This document shows, piece by piece, positions 24,332 to 36,336 of a stretch of 64,000 bases of DNA; the first letter of the stretch is position 1, and every line of letters starts with the position of its first letter. The position numbers and the translations under genes are program-made. This DNA comes from Octopus bimaculoides (lineage: Eukaryota). The notes below the pieces were generated by a model that was not told the DNA's origin, ran no database searches, and was given only the letters and a program-made list of their open reading frames with translations. The DNA lies in NCBI RefSeq assembly GCF_001194135.2, contig NC_068985.1, positions 22,111,523-22,175,522 on the forward strand, read 5' to 3'.

Positions 24332-24409
24332 ATTCTTAATGGAGGACATGACACCTGCCATTTCAGAAGGCACGTCTGCAGGGTCATATTGGAAAAGAAG
24401 TTGTTCTTT
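24332..24409 (-). CDS. Gene A exon: KEQLLFQYDPADVPSEMAGVMSSIKN
   Basis: Acceptor tatattttatttcag and donor AAT|gtacgt. 78 nt, phase 0 to 0; lies inside track ORF 24236..24436. Confidence 0.82.
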
Positions 24410-25342
24410 CTGAAATAAAATATATAAATAAAACATTTTAAAACAATATGATTAAAACAACTGTCTGTTATTGAATAACAGAAATTTATAACATTCTTAT
24501 ACAGTAGTAAACAGTACTATAAGAACAATACTAGCAATCTGAGGAAGCATTTTATACTCTCTATAGCTTTTTTTGATATTGTGTGCTGTGATGTAGATAC
24601 TATTGTTGCTCATGTTTCTAGGAAGAAGAAATAGAAGATAACAGAAGAAGAATTTGTGGAAAGAAGTTCTCAATGACGAGAGCAGAGATAGCAATGATGG
24701 CGAAGATGATGAACCATTGCCCAAGAAACCCAAATTCTCAGTTGTATGAGAATCATTTTGATAATTTCATATTATACATTGACTTGACAACAGAAACTGA
24801 TATTCAGCAATATTATCAACATTTTAGAGGCTTAAAGGAACTCATTAGTCAGAATTAGCATTAGCAAGTAAATAACAGAAATTTGACTCATTCTCCAAAT
24901 TCATCCCAACTCTGCTATAACTGTTAATCCTGTGGATGATATGGATTAACCACCTACTGTTGATTCAATACTTACATCCTTAGTCACCTCATATTTCTAC
25001 AAATAGGGGACAAGGACCAATGGAGTATCATAGCTTTACTAAATAACAATAAGCGTTATCACTTTTATTTCTATCTCTACTTTCACTACATTAATCTAAT
25101 AAACCATCTACTACAGGTAACAAGCTACAGCACAAACTTCTTAATTTTTACATACTGCAATGTTAAATAATTTTATAAGATATTTCCAGTATTACCAACA
25201 GAGTTACACATACTAAATCTAGAAAATGTAACTTTTAAATTGTAGTTTATCATACAAGTAAAAGAAAACTATGTCAATGTATTTTTAGATTTAGGATCTC
25301 TTTATAACATATGCTATAGTTCTCCCCTTCCACATACTTTAC

Positions 25343-25396
25343 CTGGTCCTGCATGCATGCATACAAGCCCAGACAGCTAGTATGAATCTGTGTTTT
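25343..25396 (-). CDS. Candidate upstream exon of gene A: KTQIHTSCLGLYACMQDQ. An alternative is NYHQYHFIEKDW ending at 25517.
   Basis: Donor CAG|gtaaag at 25342 is phase 0 and acceptor catgttttcaag precedes it. A second in-frame donor TGG|gtaagt lies at 25516, and I cannot choose between them. Confidence 0.4.
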
Positions 25397-25568
25397 CTTG
25401 AAAACATGATAATGTCTCAATTTTAATTTTGCCATAAACAAAGATTTCCTTATTAGTCCTTCATGCTTTGCTTCAAACAATAAGTTTCCAAAGCCCTTCA
25501 ATATTGCAAAACTTACCCAGTCTTTTTCAATGAAATGATATTGGTGGTAATTGCTTGTGTCATTTTAT

Positions 25569-25571
<3 letters not shown>

Positions 25572-25632
<61 letters not shown>
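25572..25632. repeat. (TC)n microsatellite
   Basis: Read directly from the sequence. Confidence 0.95.
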
Positions 25633-25636
<4 letters not shown>

Positions 25637-26289
25637 TTTTTCTTTCACACATATGTAGACAAAAACTAAAGTATTAGTCATGGAAAATATATTAATAGCA
25701 AAATGTAACACAAAAGCTCAATACACAAAGAATGAAAATGAACTCTAGTAACAAAATAACCACAGTCACTAAGGCTAAGCTATTTCCTCATTGTTGAAAG
25801 AGACTTCATTTTAATTGTCAAATATATTTCAAATTCTACTACAACAAATGAAAACCAGAGAATATCTTAATGATTTTCACCTACAATAAAACAGCAATAG
25901 CATGTGTCACCATACTCATTTCACTATGAAGACTGAGAAAGTCTTGAAACTTTTCCTTTTTTATCAATTTATTTAGATATTAAATATGTGACCCAGCTCC
26001 ACTCAATAAGTCAAATGCTAGGTGAGTTATAAGTTATCAGTTACACAACAAATTACAACAGAAATATGTTCACAGAAACACGCAGATGCAACTCAACACA
26101 ATTTCTTCCAGATATTGGTAACCATAATAATTAATAGCTATGGTACTTTGCTATTATCAACAACCAACTTTTATTTATTAAAGGATTAGGTTATAGATTA
26201 TTAACCAAAAAATTTCAAACTGAATCTTTAATTCTCAAAACACCAAGAAATCAGTTATAATTGAGATTATGGAAGCAGAACATTTTCAA

Positions 26290-27039
26290 TGTTTCCAGAA
26301 GTGACTTGAGTATGCTGCCCACAACATACTTTCCCCAAATAAATTCAGCCAAATATAACTTCAGGTGTTGACGTGCAGTTCATCAGTGGTGTTTGCTGTG
26401 CCATTTAGCTGATCTCCACATTCACTCAATGATCTCAGTGTGAACACCACTGTGCTGATCAAATGAAGATATAAGTGAAGATTCACTTTGAAGTGCTCAA
26501 ATCCAACCTCTTCAGCTTCTATTGTCTTGTAGACAGGTCAATTATCTGAGCAAATGATAGAGCTTTTTTCTATGGTATTCATTGTTGTTCCTTCACTACA
26601 ATCACCAACTATGACCAAAAAGTACTTGATCATCTCCTAACAGAGTCCTCCAAAGATCCACTGCTGAGGAAACATATGAACAGTATTGTTCTTATGCTTA
26701 GTGAACAAGCTCTTGATTTCAATGATTAATCCTTTGTCTCTGATCTTATCTCTTGGCTCAAGTATTTGGTGCAAATTTATTGCATGTAGTTGTTCCAGTT
26801 GAACAGTTGTGTTCTTGTTTATGCCTCATTCCTCCTCACAAAACTTGACTGACATCACTTCCTTGGACCAGCAATATAAGAAGTGGTTGGCTGTCGTAAA
26901 CAGTAGATGACTATCAGTGAACCAATTTCCAGTATGCATGTTGACCTGCTTTTGAGAAGTGGACTTCCTGCAATCCCACAAAACATACAAACCAAAGTAC
27001 AGTTTCCTTTCATGACTGAGGCAGAGAAAAGATATTCAT
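26290..27039 (-). mobile_element. Merlin / ISXO2 (IS1595-like) DDE transposase relic
   Basis: Reads MNIFSLPQ, LYFG..LWDCRKSTSQKQVNMHTGNWF, FLYCWSKE, GLIIEIKSLFTKHKNN, QQWIFGGLC, IICSDN*P and GFEHFKVN, with stops and frameshifts. Confidence 0.8.
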
Positions 27040-27599
27040 TCTAACAAAAAAAAAAAACTAAAAATACCAGAAAAATGTTTAGTTATATTTATCTTTTAAT
27101 AAATGATAAGTTGGTTGTTTATAATAGAAAAACACTATAGTTATTATAGTGGCACAAAATGCATTCAAATACTGACCATAGATAGATAAAGAAAATTTTC
27201 TCTTCTTTATATTTGTTAACTTTTTCATAGGTATTAAGCAAAATATTTCATCCAATTACATGTTAGGAGGGGGTGGTCATCAAACACAGCTTGCTGGGTT
27301 TTTATTGTTTTTGAAATAGCTCTATATTAGCATGGATTGACTGATTCTTCAAATACAAATATTCATCTGAACCTGTTGAAGCAAGTATTTTTACAGCTGG
27401 TTGCCCTAACTATCCTTAAATATAAATTAGGAGAAACAGTTCGTTTTCTAGGTTAATAGTGTACTCATTGACAAATAAAACAGAATAGTTATGCTTAAGT
27501 TTGAAAACAGTACTTTGCTTGTTAGTGGTCCTGTATTTTATTGGAAGTCATTGTGTTTATTAATATTACTTTATCAAGAGAGCAGTTGTTTATTTAGAG

Positions 27600-27929
27600 C
27601 AGAGACTCTCAAACTTTTTGGGTCACCGCCCCCCCTCAGGCCACATAATACCCTCAGCGCCCCCACCCCTATTTTTATCTATAAATAAATATTTTATATT
27701 TTATTAATTTATATATACTATGAATCATTTGATATTTAATATAATATTATATAACTTGTATACAATACTATAATAATATTATAATAAATTCATAGCATCC
27801 CCCAATTCACTGCCTTCCCCCTAACGCCTCCTTTTTTTCTACTGCCCCCACCACCACCACATACACACTTAGGCACCAGCACCCACCTGCTCACTGGGGG
27901 GGTGGTAGCACCCACTTTGAGAACCTATG
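27600..27929. mobile_element. hAT (Charlie-like) MITE, 330 bp
   Basis: Ends cagagactctcaaa ... tttgagaacctatg, with an exact 8-bp TSD ATTTAGAG at 27592-27599 and 27930-27937. Confidence 0.88.
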
Positions 27930-30900
27930 ATTTAGAGTCACACAAAATGCTTTGCTATATTTAGTTATGATCATTTGCAGTCAGAGTTCAAATCCAGCCA
28001 ACATCAACTTTACCTTTCATCCCTTCTAGTACCTGTCAATTATTGAGGTCAATGTAATCAAGTACACTCTGTATCAAAAGGTGTGATTTTGCATGTCTGC
28101 TAAGTTCACCGTCATCGATTCACTGTTTTTGATTTTAATATAACAGTTTTTAACTATTAATGGTGAGATACTATGGATATATTTTCTTGGTAAACTTTCC
28201 TGTAATTGTGATTTTTTACCAATGTTAGAAATCAAAATTATATAATCAAGGACAAAGTCAAGTATGACAGGGTTTGAACTCAGAACCATATTGAACAAAT
28301 GCATCACTAGATTTAATTTCTTCTCTCATGCTTTCATGTTCAAATTCCATTGTGGTCCCTTTCAGAGCCTAAGATAATGAAAATATGTACTTGTAAAATA
28401 CTGGAACTGATTCAGTGGACCATACCTTTCCCCATACACTCTTAACTTGAAGCCAAAGACAAATATCAATATATTTTTACTTCAAAAATTTAAAGAAAAA
28501 ACAATACTAGAATTTATTTTTGTTTTCAATGTGAAAAACAAATATTAAACATGTTTCAGATTGACATTTGGTTTATTAATCTCAGCCTGATCTTTAAAAA
28601 GAATTTTAATTGACATAAAAAAATAAAACCTAAATGTTTTAAAGTGTCAATGGTTATATACACAAATTATAATGGAGACTACATCTTCCACATGAGATGA
28701 AACTTGGCAAATATTTGTGCACAGATATTGAATTCATTTAAAGAAAGAACAAAGAGGTTTTTAACTACCGATTATTGAAGAAATTATTTAGTGTGCTTAA
28801 ATGATTCAATACAGAAAATTTTATGATCATAACAATGATAATGACAAACATAATAACACATTATCACATACACAAACAATTAACTAAAAATCTCAAATTA
28901 AAATGCATGGCTAGAGAAAGAAAAACAAATTTGACGAAAATTTGGCGCCAGACTATTTGGATAGAAATTTAAAGAAGAAATTTTTAAAAATCTAATTTGT
29001 ACCATAAATGATGTAGATTAAAAATAATTTAATATCAAAACAATGTACATAAACTGAACCCAAATTTCTAACCTAATCCATAATGCACACTGGTTAAAAT
29101 TAAATCTTGCTGTCATGAAAATTATTCTAAACTTGAAGGATTCTAATTTGATCATTAATTTCAAGGAAAAGTGGACAAATTAAAATATAATTTTTCAGTA
29201 AATTAATAGAATAATCCCAACTAAAATAAGTAACGGAATCTACTGGCGTTCATTCAGAACCATGGGTTTAAAGCTGTGTTATACTTTTGGATAAAATGAG
29301 TTAAACTTATTTTCTGGTCCATAGCTAGAGAATATGTTTTAGACTTCCTACGGAAATTGAAGGCAATAGACTAACATCCTATGCAATGCAAGACTTGTCT
29401 TTCATTCACTCTATACTAGATAAAAATAAAAATAAAAAAGAGCTAAGCACCAGACCTATGAAGCATTAAAACATCAAATTCTAATTTTCTGCTGGAATAT
29501 ATGGCAGTTTCTATTACAAGTACAAGCCAATTCTATAAATATTCATATATTACTTTGGTATTTCTAAATAGAGAGACTTTCAAAGTAGGAAGCTAGTTTG
29601 TAAACAACATCAATAAAAAAGGAGAAGAGTGTAATTAGAGCAGCCTACAGATAACAATTTCAAAAAATAAATCACTGAGGTTATTGCTGTATGATTGATT
29701 TCAAAATGAAATAAACACATGGAACAGTTTGATAAAGAGGGGTCTTTTTCTTCTTTTTTTAATGGGTTCAAAACCATTACAATAACTAATGCCTTAATGG
29801 TGTTAGGTTGACTCTCTTGATTTTTTGGTTTTTACTTTTTAATCATCAACTTTAATTTAAAAAGACAACAATATCTTCTAACCATACTTTCTGGGGTTTT
29901 TTTTTTTTTTTGGTTCTTACACTGTTTTCCCATTATCAGCTCATCTATTTTTCCATGTACATCCTAACAATTATTGACTGTGTATCATGTTCTTTTCTCC
30001 CTCTCAAAACTGACCAATTTATTTATGAAAATTTAAACAAAACAAAATGCATTAACTTACGCAAAACAATTATTTTGCTTGTTTGAAAAAATGAATTTTT
30101 CTTGAAATAAATTTATATATTTTGAGATTACTACTGGATAATTTTAACAAGCAACTTGAAAATAGTTGTAGCAAAAAATGTTTTGATAAATGCTTTAGTT
30201 GGCAAATCAAAACCAAAAACTTATTTCTTCTTGCTGATGTATCAAGTTCATTTTATAGTCTCAGTTATTTCCAATTGCTTTGGGTTTACATTCCTTTCTT
30301 TAATAAAATAATTATCTTGTAATTTGTAAGTAAAAAAAGAAATTGAAGAATTCAAAAACAACAACAAATAATTCTGCTTGAAAAACAATTCTCCACAATA
30401 AAACATATATTCAAAAGCTTTATTTTTGTTATAAAGATTCCATCGCCGTGTGAATTTAGTATTCAACTATTACTATTATTCCTTACAATACACATTATCT
30501 TTCTCTTTCTCTAAGTCTGTTTTAAAAACTGTCTCATGTGAATACTGTATTCTTTCTAACACAAACTGTACTCACACAAAACATGAACTAGTGTACAGAT
30601 AATATCAATACTAAAGTGATATAAAATACTTTACTGAAACAATGTTTCAGCTTTTATAACTATTTCAAGCCACTCCTTTCATTGAATGCAATTTATCAAT
30701 AATCATGCTGTTCAAAATCTGTTTCTATTATTTAAGAAAAGAAGAAAAAAAAAACAGTTTAAAGAAAGCTATTTGAAACATCTGTATTTTAGCGTAAGTT
30801 CCTCTATCCTATTTGAGGAGTTTAATAACATGGCTTCAAAGTTAAAAGGCATTCATAAAACAATACATTTTCTCTGTTGATAGGTTGGCCTCATTATCAA

Positions 30901-31844
30901 ATGAGCTGATTATGTTAATTCATAGAATCCCGAAGTCACAGAGCAGAATATCCTGCTTATAGACTAAGTGAATGAAGGTGAAAAAAGCCCCCACATTTTG
31001 TATTGAAAAATAGTACTGATAAATGCAACAACTGTGTGTAAGGAGGGGAAGGAAGTGAATGAATAAAACAAAAAAAAAATAGGGAAAAAGGGAAGGAGGA
31101 ACATAGATAATTTGTGAGAAAATAGGATGAGTTTATTTCTTCGTGTTGTGATAAACAGAACAAGATAAAAATTGTACAGTGTTTGATTAATAAAATTTGT
31201 AATGTATACGAAAGGTGACTATGAAAACATGGACAAATGCATAAAAATGCATTTACAAATAAATATATATTATAACCTTTTGGACATTCCACTAACAAAA
31301 CTGGAATTTTAATTTCTTTCAAGATTGTGACAAAATAAAGGAGTAAATAATATAGTAATTTTTTTTAAAGTTAAATTACTTTGAAAAGCATAAAAATCAA
31401 ATGATAATTTTCATTTTACTTTTTGCAAACACAGATTTATAAAAATAGTTAAATAAATAAATGGATGAAAAACAGATAGTGATTAATGGTAAACACAAAT
31501 GAATAAAATAAAGTGCTTAGTGAATGAGATCTTGAGAAAAATATAAATCGTTAGAATATGCAAAAATAAACCTAGGAAATTCTAGATTTCAATCATTTGA
31601 ACTTTTATTTAACTGGTTAAAATGCTGATGATAGCTGAAATATATTTGTCCTTAATTTTCTTTCCTTTTTCCTTTTTTACATCACTATCATAACCAATTT
31701 CAACTTATAGATGAGAATGTATCTGAAGCTGGATGAATTGTATGACTTTCTTTTCATAGAAACCACTAAAAGTGCTGATTGATTAGCTCAATATAGCAAA
31801 ATAGATCTTCTTTCACAAATGCCTTACTATCTCATTTTGTGTGT

Positions 31845-31875
<31 letters not shown>

Positions 31876-32776
31876 CACGCGTGCATGCATGCACACACAC
31901 ATGCATTCATGCACATGTGTGTGTATTACCCTACCATCTTTCGATTAGAAATGCTAATTAAATCCTTTGTTTGATAAGCAACCTCTAAGCCATCGATCCA
32001 CTCAGGCAGAGCTGATCACAACTATCCAACTTTTGACACATCTCTAATGATTAATAGAAATTTATGACAGTAATTAATTTAACTTTTTTTTTCCCTTTTT
32101 TGCAATGTAAAAATTGCCAATGATTCTCAAATCTGATGTAAAACAGAGTGTAAGCTGTAGCTCACACAAAACCATCTTTTGCTTACCTAATGAACTGTTT
32201 ACAATAATCACGGTTAGAATCAAATGACAGTAGGCAGATATCAGTGGACCAAACTTCAAACGTTTTGTTTTTTGTTTGCATAGCAGCTTTCCATCATTTA
32301 ATAAAGTATTCGGTGGAAGTTGGCTTACAGCTCTTGGAAGTGTATTAGATGTAGAAAGACATTGCTAGGAGTGGCACCTGCAGTATTTTTGGTGGGATCA
32401 CAGGTTAAACTGATCTGCTGACCTACATAATCATAAAAGAATTAACAAAGTCCAGACCAATTAGCAGATTAAATGACTAAAAAGTATGTGTGTTGCTGTA
32501 TAAATTGGGTGTTATAGGAATAGCAATGTTTATAGGAGTTAATTAGATGTAAATCATGCTCAAATACTATGTTAGTTTTATTAAATAAAAAGGAGGATGA
32601 ATGTATTGGGAGAATGCAAACTTAATGACAAAACTAAGTAGATGCTGTCATAAGAAGTAACCATAAGAGATCTCCTTGCTAAAAACTTTTATTTAATGAA
32701 TAAAAGATACCCCTCAGTATCCAGCTTTAGTAAGGTAGAGCACTTGGCCATCATGTCTGATGTGTTGGTCTCAACT

Positions 32777-33003
32777 TTAACCCTTTAATATTTAAACCGG
32801 CCATATCTGGCCCAAATATTCTCCTGTTTTATGTTCAAACTGGTTAGATCTGGCCTCTTACACCAACCCTACAATATCTTTCTAAACATTAACAGTTACC
32901 TCATCAAAATCTCAAAGCTACAAGATAATGCAAGATTAATTCAAAACAATGTGAACAAATAAGCATTACTTTTGACAGAATAATGTGAATGCTAAAGCGA
33001 TAA
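32777..33003. mobile_element. piggyBac-type MITE, right end decayed
   Basis: TTAA|ccctttaa..., colinear with 18353-18582. Confidence 0.7.
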
Positions 33004-33357
33004 ATGGGACAGAATTGTAAACAGCATGGAGACAAACATTTTGTAAGTCGATTTTAATACCTTTGAAGACATAAGAGCTTATTGGAGAGAGAGAGAATAG
33101 TATATTTCTTTCAAGTCAATCTTTTATTTTTTACTTGTTTCAGTCATTGGACTCCAACCATGCTGTGGGACACCACCTTAAAGGGCTTTAGTCAAACTAA
33201 TCAACCATCAACCACAGTACTTTATTTTTTTAAATCTGGTACTTATTCTATCATTCTATTTTGCAGAACTGTTAAGTTATAGGGACATAAATAAACCAAC
33301 ACCAATCATCAAGCAGTGGGGAGACAGACACAAATACAACAACATGCATGCATACAC

Positions 33358-33650
33358 AGAGTTGAGGTACATGGCCTAGTGGTTAGAGTGTTACATTCAC
33401 AATTGCAAGATTGTGGTTTCAAATTCCCAAACCAGCAGTGTATTGTGGTCTCAAGCTAAACACTTTATTCACATTACTCCAATCAACTCAGCTATATAAA
33501 TGGGTAACGCTGCAACAGACTGGTGGAATATTGGGGAATATTGGCATGACCACCTAACCAGCAGGATGCCATCATTCAAAAGCTACAACAATGTGATGAA
33601 GTGCATTGTAACTGGCAGTGTATAACAACATCTGATTGTCTGGTCAATAT
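33358..33650 (+). mobile_element. Different tRNA-headed SINE inserted in the linker of a Y-W composite (33115-33842)
   Basis: tggcctagtggttagagtgtt A-box-like and ggtttcaaattccc B-box-like motifs, lying between tail W and head Y. Confidence 0.55.
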
Positions 33651-34437
33651 CATCACACACACACACACACACACTCATATGATGGCCTTTTTCCAGTTTC
33701 TGACTACCAAATCTACTCACAAGGCTTTCCTCAGCAGGGGGCTATAGTAGAAGAGACTTGCTCAAGGTGCTATACAGTGAGACTGAGCCCCAAAGCATGA
33801 GATTGGGAAGCAAACATCTTATCTCACAGTCATGCCTGCGTCTAAATTATGTGTGCCTAGAGAGGAATTGTTTTCTTTTGCAAGTTCTTTTTTAGAAGTA
33901 AGACATTTTGAAGGAAGCAAATGATGAGAATTATTGTTATTTTGAAATTTACAATGCAATGCACAAAGAATTGACACTGTTCATTAAAAATACATTTTTA
34001 CTAAAACAACGATTATATTGAAAGCTGAGTGATACACTTCATAATGTAGATTTTTGTTATGATCTTCCATGGATTACTGCATACAAATGATGTTATCTAA
34101 ATACCGGTGGATAGATTTCTATTATACTACTAAATAATTTAATTTATCCCTTGTTGAAAACATGACAACTTTTGTTAGCTAAATGGAAGTCTTGTTTACT
34201 GATACAATTGTCCTAAGGCTAGAAAAGCAGTACAAGGACAGGTTTTAATCTCTAGTGTTAGCTTATTAAAAGACATGTCACATGTCAACCTTGCTGAAAT
34301 ATGTATGTTGTGATATAATATGTATTAACTTGTCAATGATATGTACTAGTAAAACATCAAGAGGTGTACGAATGTTGACAGTACTTGAGAAATCAATGAC
34401 AAGGCATCATTTCTGGTTTTTGCTTTTGTTACTACAG

Positions 34438-34520
34438 CTTGAGTTCAACATAGGGACTTATTTCAGTTCTATAATGCCTTCTTTTGATTATTTTGGTTAT
34501 TTATTTCTTGTTATGAATTT
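34438..34520 (+). CDS. Gene B exon: LEFNIGTYFSSIMPSFDYFGYLFLVMN(F)
   Basis: Strong acceptor tttttgcttttgttactacag and donor TTT|gtaatt. 83 nt, phase 0 to 2. A weaker phase-1 donor gttatt near 34496 is an alternative. Confidence 0.55.
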
Positions 34521-34589
34521 GTAATTGACCACAGGATATCATCAAGTAGGTGCAATAGTAGATTTGTTGTTTAGATTTAAATTAGTGAA

Positions 34590-35010
34590 GAGTGGTTGTG
34601 TGGTTAAGAATCTTGCTTCTCAACTATGTAGTCTTGAGTTCAGTCCTACTATGTGGCACCTTGAGCAACTGTCTTTTTACTTTAGTCCCAGACCAACCAA
34701 AGCTTTGTGAATGAATTTGGTCAATGGAAACAGAAAAAAAGCATCATGTATATATGCAGAGGGGGTACTCTTCTTTTTGGTAAGATGTGATAACTGTAAG
34801 CAAACAATGCAAGTGATGTCCTTTATCTTCTCTCTTCTGTGAAAAATGTCTAGCTATGAAAAATATTACCTTATTTGGAAACATTCCTCCCTTAGTTGGA
34901 AGAAGGGTGAAAAAGAAGGGCATCTGGTCATAGAAAATCTCTCTCAACACATTACATCTGACTCATGCAAGCATGGAAAAATGGATATTAAATGATGACA
35001 ATAATGATGA
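34590..35010 (+). mobile_element. Composite SINE: head Y and RTE-type tail U
   Basis: Head gtgtggttaagaatcttgct..gagttcagtcc; tail ends gcaagcatggaaaaatggatattaaatgatga. Confidence 0.7.
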
Positions 35011-35534
35011 TGTACAAAATAGAATCTTGCAGCAAGCAAAATTTATCAACACAAGAAGGGTTTCAGGGCCTTTAAACTTACAAGCCACTGAAGGATGTTG
35101 AAACATGAAATGTGGTCCAAATATAAAATCTGGGTAGAAACTAAACACAACTAAGAGCAACTGCTGTTTATACAACTTTTCAGCATATCAACTATATTCC
35201 TATAATTCAGAAACAAAACAGTATTGGCACTACCGCAATATTTCCTCTCAATGGTTTAATAAGTAAACCAGAATAACTAAAACTTGCATCGATTGATTGT
35301 TAATTATAATGTTAATGAGTGCATAAGATGATGGATATTCCAATAAAGCTGAAAAAAATCTTTACAAGCTGAAGTTAATGCACTGGAGACTGGTTTATAA
35401 CTTGGTTTAAAATGGTGCCCCATAGGGGTAATTATGTGATTCGCATGCTCAAGAAAAATAACCTTTTTTTTTTTCACACTTGCAACACAGGGTATCTCTT
35501 GAAGGACATTTTCTGTGGTCATGTCTATATACCA

Positions 35535-35766
35535 TCATCATCATTCACTTAACATCCACTTTTTCATACTTGCTTGGATCAAGCAGATTTTAGTGAGGCA
35601 GATTTTCTATGGCCAGTTGTCTTTCCTGTCACTAACAATCACATGTTTCCAAGCAAGGTGATATTTCCACATTGCTGGACATGTTTCCATGGAATATTGG
35701 AAACAAAGGACACTGCTTGTATAACAATGATGCTCATTTACAACTATTCCATAATGTCAAGACAAG

Positions 35767-35799
<33 letters not shown>

Positions 35800-35930
35800 T
35801 GGGCTTCTCACAGTTTCTGTCAATGAAATCCACTCACAAGGTTTTGGCTGGCCTGGGTCTATAGTAGAACACACAAGCCCAAGATGCCTTCCAGTGGGAC
35901 TGAACCCCAAACCATATGGTTGGGGAAAAA
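35535..35930 (-). mobile_element. Composite SINE: head Y, (GT)n, tail U
   Basis: The same layout recurs at 38735-39115, 39145-39598, 42590-42952 and 62015-62650. Confidence 0.7.
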
Positions 35931-36221
35931 ACTTTGTAATCACATACAAAAAAAAAGAGCAAAAAAAAAGACAATGAACACTTCTCTGAAACAGCTGCTT
36001 GTTATCCTCCATTGTAACAGTAACAGTATTATTTATAAGCATATCTTGATAATAAACATCTTTAGAGCTAAGCTCTGGCTTGTGATGCAGCTCTTTCCAA
36101 TTCTAGCATCTTACTTTCAGTTTTTAGACTACTCAACATTATTTGAGAAATAAAAAGTACCCATTATGGTATATTTCATATGAAATCCATACAATGCCCA
36201 TTCTGAAGTTGTAATTCGTAG

Positions 36222-36336
36222 CCATGAGTTTTATGGTTTGAAGAAATTGATCCACAAATTCGGTTGGCTGTTGTCTGCAAGTTGTGAGCTGATGTACTAC
36301 AACCTTCTTCATTGGTTTAATGAAGATATTTTCCAA
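36222..36336 (+). CDS. Gene B exon: HEFYGLKKLIHKFGWLLSASCELMYYNLLHWFNEDIFQ
   Basis: Acceptor gttgtaattcgtag and donor CAA|gtaatt. 115 nt, phase 2 to 0. Confidence 0.62.

Noticed and set aside
28900-29400. Possible bidirectional promoter between genes A and B
   Set aside because: Only a few scattered CpGs and no diagnostic motif; it cannot be supported from sequence alone.
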